60,525 bases of DNA from Pirellulaceae bacterium (GTDB taxonomy: Bacteria > Planctomycetota > Planctomycetia > Pirellulales > Pirellulaceae): the NCBI GenBank assembly GCA_041752355.1, contig JBGSHH010000085.1, positions 1-60,525 of the forward strand. The letters run 5' to 3'. Position 1 is the stretch's first letter, and every line of letters starts with the position of its first letter. This document shows, one piece after another, positions 1-10,286 of the stretch. A program made the position numbers and the translations under genes. The notes beneath the pieces were generated by a model. It was not told the DNA's origin and did not search any database. It saw nothing but the letters and a program-made list of their open reading frames with translations.

Positions 1-6
1 GGCGCG

Positions 7-2280
7 GTGTGCTGGTTGTATGTCGATCGCAATCGCCGCACGTCCTTCGACGTCACTGTCCGCAGGCAGCTTCAGACGGGCGGCCTTTCGCTGATTTGTG
101 TGACGCTTGTGCTGTCGCTGCTGTCCGGCTGGAACGATCAAGTTGCCTGGTGGCCCGTCAGCCAAGTGGTGGCCATGTTGCTTGCGATGGTAGCACTGGG
201 CACGTGTAGTCGGCGCCACGAATATGGCTTTCTCTGCACGCCGATCACGCTCCAGGCGGCATCGCTCTGGTGGGCGCACTATTGGCCCAGTGGCACACTC
301 GCGCCGCCGTTGGACTATCTCGCGGTGAACCTGCTGGCGGTAATTGTCGTCAACGGCTGGTGGCTCGGCCTGGAGATCTATCACGAGCGGACAGCGAGAT
401 TCTTGCCATCTCCCAATTGGTTATTCTCACCGGTTCGCTTCTTTACACCGACGGTTACAATCCTCTTCGCAGCGCTGATGGGAGTGGCGATGTTCGCTAC
501 GCTTTTCGATCAGCGGGCCTACGCACTTAGTTCAACCAATCTGATTCTCGCCACCGTCCTTGGCATGTATCTCGTGGGGACTCTATGGTATCAACGCATC
601 GCCACCGGCTTGCCCATGCTCTATCTGTGGGGACTGGTGATGGCGGTCGTGCCATGTACCTTGATTTCGCCCCCCAGTGACTACCAGATCGCAGGCATTG
701 GCGTTGCAACCTCGATCTTTGTCGCACTGACTGGCATCCTCTGGCACAACGGCGCGAAGCTTTCGCTCATAGGGCAGACTGTCGGGATTCGCGATGTGGT
801 TCTGGGACTTGAACGCACCAGTCGCTGGTTACCGACGGTGACGCTGCTGCTGTCGCTGGCGATTGTGCTCCTGGAATTGAATGTCGTACTTGCCTTCGAA
901 CCGCGCGTGCTACGTTTTGCTGCCGGATTCGCACCACTGCTACTGGCGATTGGTGTCGGCGCACAAGCACAACAGCAACGTCGCGGCATGATGCTCTATT
1001 TGTCGCTCCTGCTCGGAACATTTGCCGCTGTGTATTTAGGCTGGGCCGATTTGCCGCACGGCTTCGCAGGAGAGATCTGGCTGCGACGTGTGATTCGCTT
1101 GTTGACCGTGCTGGGCAGCCTGGCTTTCGTTTACGGGGCGGTGTTCACGCGGACCTGGAGTCATATTGAGGATTGGATCATCGCGCTGCGACGGATGGCG
1201 TTCACATGCGGCGGTGGCGCGGCGCTGACGCTGATCGTCATCCTGAGCATCGAGGTGGGGCAGTTCCGCCCAGGCATAGATTCGACAATTGAAACGCCGC
1301 AAGTTTTGATGGTGGCAGTGGTGCTCACGCTATTGGCGGCGGCATTGATTGCGTTGGCGGTTTATCGCGGCGCGCATGAGAACGCCGCCTGGTTAAAGGA
1401 TGATACCCAGCGCATGGCGGCGGTATACGCTGCGCAACTGGTGTTAGCCTTGGCATTTGGTCATTTGTATTTAACGCGCCCCACCTGGTTCGATGGCCTC
1501 CTGCGACCGTACTGGCCGTTCATCATCATGGGCCTTGCCTTTGCCGGCGTTGGATTGAGTGAATGGATGCAGCGATTGCGTCAGCGCGTACTGGCCGAAC
1601 CGCTGCAAATGACGGCGATGTTCTTACCGCTCATTCCCGCAATTGGTTGGTGGATCGAATCATTGCGCGGCGAGCCAACGACCGACTACGCACTCGTGAT
1701 GTTCGTGGTGGGACTGCTCTATGTAGTCGTCAGCGCGCTCAAACAATCGACCACCAGCGCCATCGTCGCCAGCGTCGCAGGCAACATCGCGTTATGGTCG
1801 CTGCTCAATGATTCGGGATTCGATTTCACACAACATCCGCAGTTCTGGCTAATTCCGCCGGCCATCTCGGTGCTGGCGGCGGTGCAAGTACAACAACGAA
1901 GATTGTCGTCTGAACAACTTGCCACGGCGCGTTATCTGTGCATGCTGGTGATCTATCTCAGCTCGACAAGTGAGATTTTCATTACGGGCATCGGTGATAG
2001 CCTGTGGCCGCCGATGGCGCTTGCCGCGCTCGCCGTGTTCGGGGTGGCGGCGGGGATCGTGTTACAAGTGCGCGCGTTTCTGTATCTAGGGACGAGCTTC
2101 GTCTTCTTGGCGATGGTCACCATGGTGTGGCATGCCGCCCAGTCGCTGCATCATGTGTGGCCGTGGTGGGCGTTCGGCATCTGCTTGGGCTTGGCAATTT
2201 TGACGTTCTTCGGATTGTTCGAGAAGAAGAAAGTCGAGATTACCGCTTTGATCGACCGCCTCCGCCAGTGGGAGAAGTGA
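7..2280 (+). CDS. Large polytopic integral membrane protein, unknown function (possibly 5'-truncated by the window edge)
   Basis: 757-aa ORF. The frame stays open back to base 1, so the true start may lie upstream of the window. The translation is dominated by many helix-length hydrophobic segments (e.g. LSLICVTLVLSLLSGW, LLAVIVVNGWWLGL, LLLSLAIVLLELNVVLAF). I see no catalytic motif. Confidence 0.6.
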   Translation: MCWLYVDRNRRTSFDVTVRRQLQTGGLSLICVTLVLSLLSGWNDQVAWWPVSQVVAMLLAMVALGTCSRRHEYGFLCTPITLQAASLWWAHYWPSGTLAPPLDYLAVNLLAVIVVNGWWLGLEIYHERTARFLPSPNWLFSPVRFFTPTVTILFAALMGVAMFATLFDQRAYALSSTNLILATVLGMYLVGTLWYQRIATGLPMLYLWGLVMAVVPCTLISPPSDYQIAGIGVATSIFVALTGILWHNGAKLSLIGQTVGIRDVVLGLERTSRWLPTVTLLLSLAIVLLELNVVLAFEPRVLRFAAGFAPLLLAIGVGAQAQQQRRGMMLYLSLLLGTFAAVYLGWADLPHGFAGEIWLRRVIRLLTVLGSLAFVYGAVFTRTWSHIEDWIIALRRMAFTCGGGAALTLIVILSIEVGQFRPGIDSTIETPQVLMVAVVLTLLAAALIALAVYRGAHENAAWLKDDTQRMAAVYAAQLVLALAFGHLYLTRPTWFDGLLRPYWPFIIMGLAFAGVGLSEWMQRLRQRVLAEPLQMTAMFLPLIPAIGWWIESLRGEPTTDYALVMFVVGLLYVVVSALKQSTTSAIVASVAGNIALWSLLNDSGFDFTQHPQFWLIPPAISVLAAVQVQQRRLSSEQLATARYLCMLVIYLSSTSEIFITGIGDSLWPPMALAALAVFGVAAGIVLQVRAFLYLGTSFVFLAMVTMVWHAAQSLHHVWPWWAFGICLGLAILTFFGLFEKKKVEITALIDRLRQWEK

Positions 2281-2370
2281 GAGGCATTGCCAGCTTGTGA
2301 ACCTGCTAGCCTTCGCCGTAAGATGTAGCAAGTTGGCTTTCGCGTTGAACGAGTCTGCAAGGAACGGGTC

Positions 2371-3261
2371 GTGGACTTCCCATCGTCAGGTGCTGCCTTG
2401 CGCAGCGCTATCTCCGAGCGGGTCCTGCAAGTACCAGGCGCTCCCAGCGCGCTGATGGCGAAGTTGATTGAGCGCATGGGGTTCGAGGCGGTTTACCTCT
2501 CGGGCGCATCTTTCTCGACGAACATCCTCGGCTTGCCCGACGTCGGACTGTTCACCCTCACCGAACTTACGCAATTTGCCATGCACATGACGCGTAGCGT
2601 GCAAATCCCAGTGATCGTGGATGCCGACACCGGCTTTGGCGAAGCAGTGAATGTCGAGCGAACCGTGCAAGATCTGGAACAAGCCGGCGCGGCAGCGATT
2701 CAATTGGAAGATCAGCAACTTCCGAAGCGTTGCGGGCATCTCTCCGGCAAGCAACTGGTAAGCCCCGAAGCAATGTGCGCGAAACTCCGCGCCGCAGCGC
2801 AGGCGAGAGCTGACGACGATTTGGTCATCATCGCCCGTACCGATGCGCGCGGTGGCGAAGGACTAGACGCCGCCATCGCCCGAGCACATCTCTACTTGGA
2901 AGCCGGCGCGGATTGGATCTTCCCCGAAGCGCTACGCACCCAGGAAGAATTCTCGGCCTTTGCGCACGCCGTCTCCGCGCCCCTGGTGGCCAACATGACC
3001 GAATTCGGTCAAAGCCCCTTGCTGACCGCGCAACAACTCGGGGAGTTAGGCTATTCGGTGATTTTATATCCTGTCACGCTGCAACGCGTGGCAATGAAAG
3101 CGGCGGAAGCGGCGCTGGCCACTATCGCGACTGACGGCACGCAGCGCGAACTAATCGACTTGATGCAGACGCGGGACGAATTGTACGACCTGATCGGATA
3201 TGAAGATTTTGAACAACGCGACCGCGCGTATTTCGGCGACGGCTCCACTTCGCAAGGTTAG
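2371..3261 (+). CDS. prpB: Methylisocitrate lyase (isocitrate lyase / PEP mutase family)
   Basis: 296 aa with a GTG start preceded by aaggaacggg. It carries the family signature K-R-C-G-H (QLPKRCGHLSGK) and the DADTGFG stretch. It is followed 5 nt later by a citrate-synthase-family gene, the prpB-prpC arrangement. Confidence 0.8.
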   Translation: MDFPSSGAALRSAISERVLQVPGAPSALMAKLIERMGFEAVYLSGASFSTNILGLPDVGLFTLTELTQFAMHMTRSVQIPVIVDADTGFGEAVNVERTVQDLEQAGAAAIQLEDQQLPKRCGHLSGKQLVSPEAMCAKLRAAAQARADDDLVIIARTDARGGEGLDAAIARAHLYLEAGADWIFPEALRTQEEFSAFAHAVSAPLVANMTEFGQSPLLTAQQLGELGYSVILYPVTLQRVAMKAAEAALATIATDGTQRELIDLMQTRDELYDLIGYEDFEQRDRAYFGDGSTSQG

Positions 3262-3266
3262 ATGCT

Positions 3267-4403
3267 ATGAATGGCTCCCAGCAAACTCCCAGTCAAACCT
3301 ACAGCCCCGGATTGGAAGGCGTCATCGCAGGCGAGACCTCCGTGAGCTCGCTGGCCGATGGACTCCGTTATCGGGGCTATGCCGCGGAGGAGTTGGCGTC
3401 GCAAGCTTCTTACGAAGAAGTAGCCTACCTGATCTTGTACGGTGAGTTGCCCAAAACAAATGAGTTGGCCGAGTTTCAAGCGCGATTGGGGCAGCACGCG
3501 CATTTGCCCTGCGAACTTCTCGCGATGCTGGGTCAGCTGCCCCCGGAAACATCGATGATGGACGCCATGCGTTCAGCCTGCAGTCTGCTTGCGCATTGGG
3601 ATCCTGAAGTGGGCGACAATAGTCACGCGGCCAATGTGCGCAAAGCCGAGCGACTGCTCGCGAAGTTGCCTGTGGTGTTGGCCGCGCGGCATCGCCTGCG
3701 CCGCGGCTTTGCACCAGTCGCCGCCGATCCTGCGCGCTCCTTCGCTGGCAACTTGCTGTGGATGTTGCGGGGCGTTGCGCCCAGTGGCAAGCATGAACAG
3801 GCGCTAGATGTCTCCTTGATCCTCTATGCCGAGCATGAGTTCAATGCATCAGCATTTGCCGCCCGCGTGATATGCTCGACGCTATCCGATCTGCATTCCG
3901 CGATCACGGGTGCGATTGGCACACTCAAAGGACAACTGCATGGTGGCGCGAACGAGCGCGTGTTGGAAGTGCTGCATGAAGTTGGCACCCCGAACGCAGC
4001 CGCCGCCTGGGTCAAGCAGGCGCTCGCAAAGAAACGACGCATCATGGGATTTGGTCATCGTGTCTATCGCGAAGGAGACCCCAGGGCGACACTGCTGAAG
4101 CCTTGGTGTACCGAGTTGGCCAAAGAAACTGGCAATACGGATTTAGAGGAAATTGCCGACATCATCGAAGCGCAAGTACGGAGGGAAAAGAAATTACCTC
4201 CCAACGTCGATTGGCCTTGCGGACGGCTTTATCACTACTTGGGATTGCCTATCGATCTTTACACGCCTCTATTTGTGGTGGCGCGCGTCGTCGGCTGGTC
4301 GGCACATGTCATCGAGCAACTTGACAACAACCGCATCATGCGTCCGCTATCACTTTATACCGGTGCCGCCGCTCGCAACTTCCAACCCATTGAAAAACGA
4401 TAA
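3267..4403 (+). CDS. prpC: 2-methylcitrate synthase / citrate synthase family
   Basis: 378 aa with the citrate synthase catalytic region GFGHRVYREGDPR. The short (about 380 aa) form paired with prpB favours methylcitrate synthase over housekeeping GltA. Confidence 0.75.
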   Translation: MNGSQQTPSQTYSPGLEGVIAGETSVSSLADGLRYRGYAAEELASQASYEEVAYLILYGELPKTNELAEFQARLGQHAHLPCELLAMLGQLPPETSMMDAMRSACSLLAHWDPEVGDNSHAANVRKAERLLAKLPVVLAARHRLRRGFAPVAADPARSFAGNLLWMLRGVAPSGKHEQALDVSLILYAEHEFNASAFAARVICSTLSDLHSAITGAIGTLKGQLHGGANERVLEVLHEVGTPNAAAAWVKQALAKKRRIMGFGHRVYREGDPRATLLKPWCTELAKETGNTDLEEIADIIEAQVRREKKLPPNVDWPCGRLYHYLGLPIDLYTPLFVVARVVGWSAHVIEQLDNNRIMRPLSLYTGAAARNFQPIEKR

Positions 4404-4433
4404 AGCTTATTGGATGCAGCAGCGAGTCGACTT

Positions 4434-5393
4434 CTATCCTATCGGAAGCGTTAGCCCTATTCCGCGCTGCTGTGCCAACTCGACCGCTTTGCCTCCCAGC
4501 GCGACATCCTCAATCCCCAGTCCGACCGATTTGAACAGCACGATATCTTGTCGCTGTGCTTTCCCTGCGTGTTGCCCTGCCACAATGGCTGACAGTTCCA
4601 CCGCTGCCGTCCATTTGAAAACGCCAGCAGCGAGTGGCTGAATGAAGTCACCAGCTTCCGACTGACAAGCAACAATACTATCGCACACGATGAGTCGGGC
4701 CGCTTCCACTGTGGCGACATCGATCTCTGCGCGGGAAAGCCAATTGGAGCCGATCGCGCACACCAACGTTCCCGGCGTCAGCCAACGACCATCAAATACC
4801 GGATCTTTGGCGCTGGTGGCGGTAATCACCAGCGGCTGATATTCGACAGCGCGGCGCGGATCATCCACGGCGATCACCTCGATCCCATGTCGCTCCGTCA
4901 TCCGCTGTGCGAAATCGCGACGGGCATCCTCGCGCCGACTATAAACGTAGGCTTGTTGAATCGGGCACGAGGCGATTGCCGCCGCGAGCTGACTCTCCGC
5001 TTGCCAACCAGTGCCGAACAGACCCAACGACGCCGCTTGCGGATCGGCCAACGTGCGGATCGCTAGACCCGTGACCGCCCCCGTTCGCAACTGGCCCAGC
5101 ATGTCTGCTTCCAGCAGCGCGCGCAGCTCACCAGATTTTGCCGCGTGCAATCCGACCAGGAACTTCGCGCCGTGCTTGGTCGTGGTGTACAGTTTCCAGC
5201 CGACCAACCCCAGGTATTCCGCTGTCGCATTCAAGGAATGCAACACGATTCCGGTGGCTTTAGCGCGCACTCGAGGCACGTTTTCCGCTTCGCCGCTTGC
5301 TAGCGCCAGAAACGCCGCCGCCATCACTTCGATCGCCGTTGGCATATCGAGCAACGCTTCGACATCGGCTTCGCGGAGGTAGAGCACAGGCAT
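4434..5393 (-). CDS. Ornithine cyclodeaminase / mu-crystallin family protein
   Basis: 319 aa with family-typical LRTGAVTG and Rossmann GLFGTGWQA motifs. Convergent with prpC across a 30-nt gap. Confidence 0.75.
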   Translation of the reverse strand: MPVLYLREADVEALLDMPTAIEVMAAAFLALASGEAENVPRVRAKATGIVLHSLNATAEYLGLVGWKLYTTTKHGAKFLVGLHAAKSGELRALLEADMLGQLRTGAVTGLAIRTLADPQAASLGLFGTGWQAESQLAAAIASCPIQQAYVYSRREDARRDFAQRMTERHGIEVIAVDDPRRAVEYQPLVITATSAKDPVFDGRWLTPGTLVCAIGSNWLSRAEIDVATVEAARLIVCDSIVACQSEAGDFIQPLAAGVFKWTAAVELSAIVAGQHAGKAQRQDIVLFKSVGLGIEDVALGGKAVELAQQRGIGLTLPIG

Positions 5394-5429
5394 GATGGTT
5401 GACCCTATCCGTTGGAACTATCGCTGAGG

Positions 5430-6956
5430 TTACCCCAGTGCACTGATCTTCTTAAAATCTCCCTGGAGCGAACGATACAAGTCTTGATAGATCGGAAAGC
5501 CCGCGTCGTAAGTCTTTTTGGCGGCCTTATTCACAGCGGCTTCGCTGACGACTTTGATCGTCGCGCCGCACGCTTCCTCAATGCTCTTGTACGCGCCTGC
5601 TCCAACCGCCGCCAACAACGCCACGCCGTAAGCGGGGCCTTGCTCGGCATTGATGGTGCAAGCTGGCTGACCGAAAGCATCAGCCTGAATCTGTCGCCAG
5701 AGCGGAATTTTGGATCCACCGCCGGAAGCCAGAATCTGTTTGACAGGCACGCCCATCTCGCGAATGATCGTTAGACTATCGCGCATGGCGTATGCCACTC
5801 CTTCCATGATCGACCGCGCGATATGGCCGCGCGTATGCGACAGCGTAAGTCCAACGAAGCAACCGCGTGCGTCGGGGTCCGCATGCGGCGTGCGTTCGCC
5901 TGCCAAATAGGGCAGGAAGAACAGACCTTCCGAACCAGCGGCGATCTTTTCGGCTTCGGCCAGTACGACTTGATACGGATCGCGTTTGCTTTTGCCGCTA
6001 CCGGCGACTTCCTGACACAACTGATCGACAAACCACTTCAGCGCACCGCCGCCGCACAAACTCACGCCCATCATGTGCCACTTGCCATGCACGGCGTGAC
6101 AGAAGGTATGCAAACGACCTAGTGGATCGACCTTCACATCATCGCTATGCACAAACATCACGCCGGAAGTGCCGATCGATGTTGATAGCGTGCCGCTGGA
6201 AACCACCCCCGTCCCCAGCGCGTTGGCGGCGCAATCTCCGGCCCCGCCGACCACCACGCAATCGGTGGTGAGTCCCAGTAACTTCGCCACCTCTGGCGTG
6301 AGGTTGCCGGTGACTTCTTCCGATTCGTAGCACTTGGCGAAGAGCGCGGGATCGAGTTCGAGCTTCGATAACAGCTTCTTCGACCATTGACGCGCTGCGA
6401 CATCCAGCAACAACATGCCACTGGCGTCGCTCACATCGGTGGCGAATTCGCCGGTCAGGCGACGGCGCACGTCATCTTTGGGGAGCAAAATAGAGGTAAC
6501 TTTGTCGAAGTTCTTCGGCTCGTTGTTGCGTAGCCACAGAATCTTAGGGGCGGTAAAACCGGTCAGCGCGGGATTGGCGACCATCTTAATAAGCGCTTTG
6601 CGTCCACCGGCGCGGCGTTCGATTTCCTCACATTCGGCTGCGGTTCGTTGATCGTTCCACAGCAAGGCTTTGCGAATCACTTGCCCTTTTTTGTCGAGGA
6701 AAACAGAACCATGCATTTGTCCCGAAAGGCCGATCGACTTCACATCGGCAGCTTTCAGCTTCGCCTTCTTGACCACTTCGCGAATGGTCTTCACGGTCGC
6801 TTGCCACCAATCTTCTGGATCTTGCTCGCTCCACAGCGGCTTGGGAAAGTAGCAGGGATAAGTCGAACTAGCTTCCGCGAGGATTTTGCCATTCGCGTCG
6901 ATCGCCAAAGTCTTGGTGCCGGACGTGCCAATATCAATGCCAAGATAAACACTCAT
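5430..6956 (-). CDS. xylB: Xylulokinase (FGGY carbohydrate kinase)
   Basis: 508 aa. N-terminal LGIDIGTSGTK phosphate-1 motif and C-terminal SGGGSKIPLWRQIQADAFG motif, with length typical of XylB. Confidence 0.8.
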   Translation of the reverse strand: MSVYLGIDIGTSGTKTLAIDANGKILAEASSTYPCYFPKPLWSEQDPEDWWQATVKTIREVVKKAKLKAADVKSIGLSGQMHGSVFLDKKGQVIRKALLWNDQRTAAECEEIERRAGGRKALIKMVANPALTGFTAPKILWLRNNEPKNFDKVTSILLPKDDVRRRLTGEFATDVSDASGMLLLDVAARQWSKKLLSKLELDPALFAKCYESEEVTGNLTPEVAKLLGLTTDCVVVGGAGDCAANALGTGVVSSGTLSTSIGTSGVMFVHSDDVKVDPLGRLHTFCHAVHGKWHMMGVSLCGGGALKWFVDQLCQEVAGSGKSKRDPYQVVLAEAEKIAAGSEGLFFLPYLAGERTPHADPDARGCFVGLTLSHTRGHIARSIMEGVAYAMRDSLTIIREMGVPVKQILASGGGSKIPLWRQIQADAFGQPACTINAEQGPAYGVALLAAVGAGAYKSIEEACGATIKVVSEAAVNKAAKKTYDAGFPIYQDLYRSLQGDFKKISALG

Positions 6957-7135
6957 GATGCGGAGAGGCTCCCGTCAAAGGTCGTGGAGAAGATTTGGTC
7001 GTGGATTTTAATCGCCGGCGCAACCTCACACAAACGGGCTAACCATGAGTGAGTCGACTGTTCGGCAGGATGAATCTTCCGATCCGTCCCTGGAACGAGG
7101 GTCGGACCTGGAAATCTACACTACAGAGATTTGCC

Positions 7136-7423
7136 CTACTTCCGACGCATGAGACCATGCGTTAGGAGTACGCCACCGGCGGAAAGGAGGCTCCAGCCGA
7201 GCCAATCGGGCGGCGTCAGCCGATGGCGCGGCTGTGTCGTGTCGATCACGATTTGCCGCACTGCGCCGTGCGGCGTATCAGGCGCTGGTCCCACCCAGGC
7301 TGCCAGGATGCGCGTTGTGCCTGGCGACAATTCAAACGTATGCACCGCGCGCAGTTGCATTCCCAGCAAAAGCAGGGCGGCCCCCAGGATCAACGATAAA
7401 GTGCGATAGTTCAACTTGGACAT
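7136..7423 (-). CDS. Small two-helix membrane protein, hypothetical
   Basis: 95-aa ORF between htrA and xylB on the same strand. It has an N-terminal hydrophobic helix (LSLILGAALLLLGM) and a C-terminal one (LGWSLLSAGGVLLTHGL). No homology recognised. Confidence 0.35.
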   Translation of the reverse strand: MSKLNYRTLSLILGAALLLLGMQLRAVHTFELSPGTTRILAAWVGPAPDTPHGAVRQIVIDTTQPRHRLTPPDWLGWSLLSAGGVLLTHGLMRRK

Positions 7424-7483
7424 CGTTGAGAGCGTGGTTCTCTTGTCGTCGTATGGAGTCTCGTTGACGCTGCGGGTTCGTTG

Positions 7484-8665
7484 CTATTCTCCGGCGACGA
7501 GGGTAACAGGGACGAGGAGTTCACGGCCTTGGCGAAGAATGGTTAGTTCCACCGTTTCGCCGGGGCGTTTGGTTTCCACGACCGAGAGGAAGTCGTCGGC
7601 CGTTTTCACGCGTTCACCATCGACCGCCAGAATCGTATCCGCCGAGTTACGATCGAGCGTCTTCTCTTCGACGACAAAGGGACCGCGACGCTTCTGCTGT
7701 TTCACAATCCGAAAGCCTTGCAGGCCAGCGCGTTCAGCGGGGCCGCCTGGCAGCAGCGTGGCAATCGTCAGTTGGCCATCCTGCTGGTAGACGCGCGTGA
7801 TGCCAATCTCGGGGCGAACCACGCGACCGGTTTGAATCAACTGGGGGACAACTCGCATGATCGTATTGATCGGCAGCGCGAACCCCACACCCGTATTTTC
7901 GCCGGTGCTGCTGGCAATGGCGGTGTTCATGCCGATCAATCGCCCGCGACTATCCAGGAGAGGTCCACCAGAATTGCCGCGATTGAGGGCGGCGTCGATC
8001 TGAATAATCGATTTTATCGTGCGCCCTGTACGCGAAGGAAGCGATCGATTGAGACTGGAGATGATGCCGACCGTTAGGGTACGTTCCAGGCCAAAAGGAT
8101 TGCCGATTGCGTAGATATGCTGACCGACATGCAGGCGGCGTGAATCTCCAGGATTGACCGGCACCAGTAAGTCGCGTGGCGCATTCACTTTGATCACGGC
8201 AATATCGTTCGTGGGATCGGCCCCAACCAGTGTGGCATCGTAGGTTTCGCCATTGAAAAGCGCAACTTTGATCTCCTTAGCATCGAGGACCACGTGATGA
8301 TTGGTGAGAATGTGTCCCTGTTGATCGAGGACGGAGCCCGAACCGGAGCCTTCGTACTCCGCGTCCAAGAACAGCAGCACATCAGCCTTGACCGCTTTGG
8401 TCGTGATATTCACGACGCTGCGATTGACTTGCTCGTAAACCGCGATATTGGTCCGCTCTTCTGGCGTGAGTTCGGTGAGCGAGTCTTCGAAATCAAGACT
8501 GGCCCTAGAGATAGCGGGGACGAACTCGGAGCGCGGCGGTAGACGTTGCGGCTGCTGGGCCATGAGCGCCCCGTCGTAGGCGCGCTGCGTCAGCACCAAG
8601 GAGAGCACCGCGCCTAAGATCGCTGATCCGCCACATAACCAGACACATTTCCGCATCTTCGCCAC
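7484..8665 (-). CDS. htrA: HtrA/DegP-family serine protease with one PDZ domain
   Basis: 393 aa with an N-terminal membrane anchor or signal. Trypsin-fold triad context: LTNHHVV (His), NDIAVIK (Asp), GNSGGPLL (Ser). The C-terminal region is PDZ-like. Confidence 0.85.
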   Translation of the reverse strand: MAKMRKCVWLCGGSAILGAVLSLVLTQRAYDGALMAQQPQRLPPRSEFVPAISRASLDFEDSLTELTPEERTNIAVYEQVNRSVVNITTKAVKADVLLFLDAEYEGSGSGSVLDQQGHILTNHHVVLDAKEIKVALFNGETYDATLVGADPTNDIAVIKVNAPRDLLVPVNPGDSRRLHVGQHIYAIGNPFGLERTLTVGIISSLNRSLPSRTGRTIKSIIQIDAALNRGNSGGPLLDSRGRLIGMNTAIASSTGENTGVGFALPINTIMRVVPQLIQTGRVVRPEIGITRVYQQDGQLTIATLLPGGPAERAGLQGFRIVKQQKRRGPFVVEEKTLDRNSADTILAVDGERVKTADDFLSVVETKRPGETVELTILRQGRELLVPVTLVAGE

Positions 8666-8794
8666 CCTTCGCCGAGCAAGGTGAGACTATTCGCCCATTC
8701 GCAGACGGGGCGGATCATAGCGAAGTTGCTGAGTGGCGCGGAGAGCAACCGTCGGACGATAGCAACAGTAGCAAAAGGCCGCAGCAAGAAACGG

Positions 8795-8827
8795 CTAACG
8801 CCTTTGGTTTGGACCCAAAGGCGTTAG
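8795..8827. terminator. Perfect 13-bp-stem palindromic hairpin between the Cys-rich gene and htrA
   Basis: CTAACGCCTTTGG-tttggac-CCAAAGGCGTTAG. It lies 72 nt downstream of the stop of the minus-strand gene 8899..9360. There is no clear U-tract, so a terminator function is inferred. Confidence 0.5.
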
Positions 8828-8898
8828 ACCTGGCTCGGGCGACGAGCGAAACGCACAACCTTGTGAGTTGGCGTCTCCAGCCCGTCGTCGCTTAGACA

Positions 8899-9360
8899 CT
8901 AAGCGCCGCAACCGCAGCTAACTTCTTTGACAGCGTCACAACCGCAAGTCGCTTCGCAGCGAGGCTTGCAGCAGCGGCTGAAGAGTGGTTCGCGGCAGCA
9001 CTTTGGCTTGCAGCAGCGAGGTTCGCGGCAGCAACGTGGCTCGCGGCAGCAACGCTTTGGCTTGCAGCAGGTGTCAACTTCGCAGCCGCAAGTCGGCTCT
9101 TTGGCACCGCAAGTTGGCTCGACAGCCTTTTCGCAGCAGCTAGCGGCTTCGCAGCACTTGGGCTTGCAGCAGCGGCTGAACAGCGGCTGATGGCAACGCT
9201 TTGGCTTGCAGCAAACAGGTTCACAACACGAGGGAGCGGCTTCACAGCCGCAACCACCAGCGTCGCCACCGAACAGCGTGAACGCATGGGCTTGCGAAGC
9301 GCCAGCGAACACGAACATGCCGGCCACGAGGGCGATGGCTAACAGGAAACGATTCTTCAT
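8899..9360 (-). CDS. Secreted cysteine-rich repeat protein (CC-K/R-P/E-K/P-R/C-CC modules)
   Basis: 153 aa with a Sec-type signal peptide MKNRFLLAIALVAGMFVFAGASQAHA. I count 33 Cys in the 127 mature residues. Reiterated CCKPKRC / CCREPRCC / PLFSRCCKP units. The two other long ORFs across the same DNA are low-complexity artefacts. Confidence 0.6.
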   Translation of the reverse strand: MKNRFLLAIALVAGMFVFAGASQAHAFTLFGGDAGGCGCEAAPSCCEPVCCKPKRCHQPLFSRCCKPKCCEAASCCEKAVEPTCGAKEPTCGCEVDTCCKPKRCCREPRCCREPRCCKPKCCREPLFSRCCKPRCEATCGCDAVKEVSCGCGA

Positions 9361-9898
9361 GGGGAGGGCTCCAAAAATTCACAAAACGGTATTGAGGGAC
9401 TTTCCTGACTGCACGGCTTCGCTGGTCTCGACGGGCTTTTCATAAGGTTGTCGACGACGCAGGGCGAAAGGCTCGCGCTGACCCAGCTAATATGCTGGCG
9501 TTCGTTATCACGTCCTATCGTCTCTGTCACCGGTACAACTTAGCTGGAGCACACAGTCTTTGTGAATTTCCTAAACTTCGCAGTTCGTATCTCCGACTTA
9601 TTTCGCCCTCACCGAACCTAGCGACGTTGCCGAACGTAACGATTGCCAAGACCGGATCGACGGAACTCACGCGTATGGGTGGCACCATCGGAATAGAGCT
9701 GGCTTTTCCGGCATTTTAGCGGTAACGCGCTGACCATCATGAGCCTCCACGGACCACCTTGAATGACCCAAATCGCGAATTACCGCAAATCCAACGGGGG
9801 AGTCCCTAAGGAGCGATGGCGAGGGCAGTTGTGAACTAGGTTTTCTAAGCGACAGCGAAGTTCGTCGCGTTACGATTCACGATGAAGGGGCAGCACCG

Positions 9899-10237
9899 AT
9901 GAGTTTGATGCAAACGATGGTAGGAAACGAATATCTTTACTCCAGCCTGGCAGGCGATCCGGACTTGGGCGAAATCGTCGACTTGTTTGTGGATGAAATG
10001 CCGGACCGAATCGATCATTTAAGCCATTGCCTGGCCAGCGGCGATCTGGAGCAACTCCGCCGCTACGCCCATCAAATGAAGGGTGCCTGCGGCAGCTATG
10101 GTTTTCACCAACTTACCGCCCCTGCCGCACGTCTGGAGAACGCCGCGCGCGAGCAGCAAGAAGAACTAGCAATTCGCGAAGCGGTGGATGAACTGATCCA
10201 GCTTTGTCAGCGAGTTCGCTCGACCAACGGGGCATAA
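9899..10237 (+). CDS. Histidine phosphotransfer (Hpt) domain protein
   Basis: 112 aa with the Hpt signature around the phospho-His, YAHQMKGACGSYG. It stands alone, with no kinase or receiver adjacent. Confidence 0.7.
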   Translation: MSLMQTMVGNEYLYSSLAGDPDLGEIVDLFVDEMPDRIDHLSHCLASGDLEQLRRYAHQMKGACGSYGFHQLTAPAARLENAAREQQEELAIREAVDELIQLCQRVRSTNGA

Positions 10238-10286
10238 CGCTCGCCGTCGACCGAGATACAATGGTGGGATTAAATTCCGGCATGCA

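Noticed and set aside
8892-9287. Alternative frames across the Cys-rich gene (131 aa on the minus strand, 87 aa on the plus strand)
   Set aside because: These are Ala/Ser/Gln low-complexity translations of the same DNA repeat. Only the 153-aa frame has a signal peptide and an ordered motif structure.
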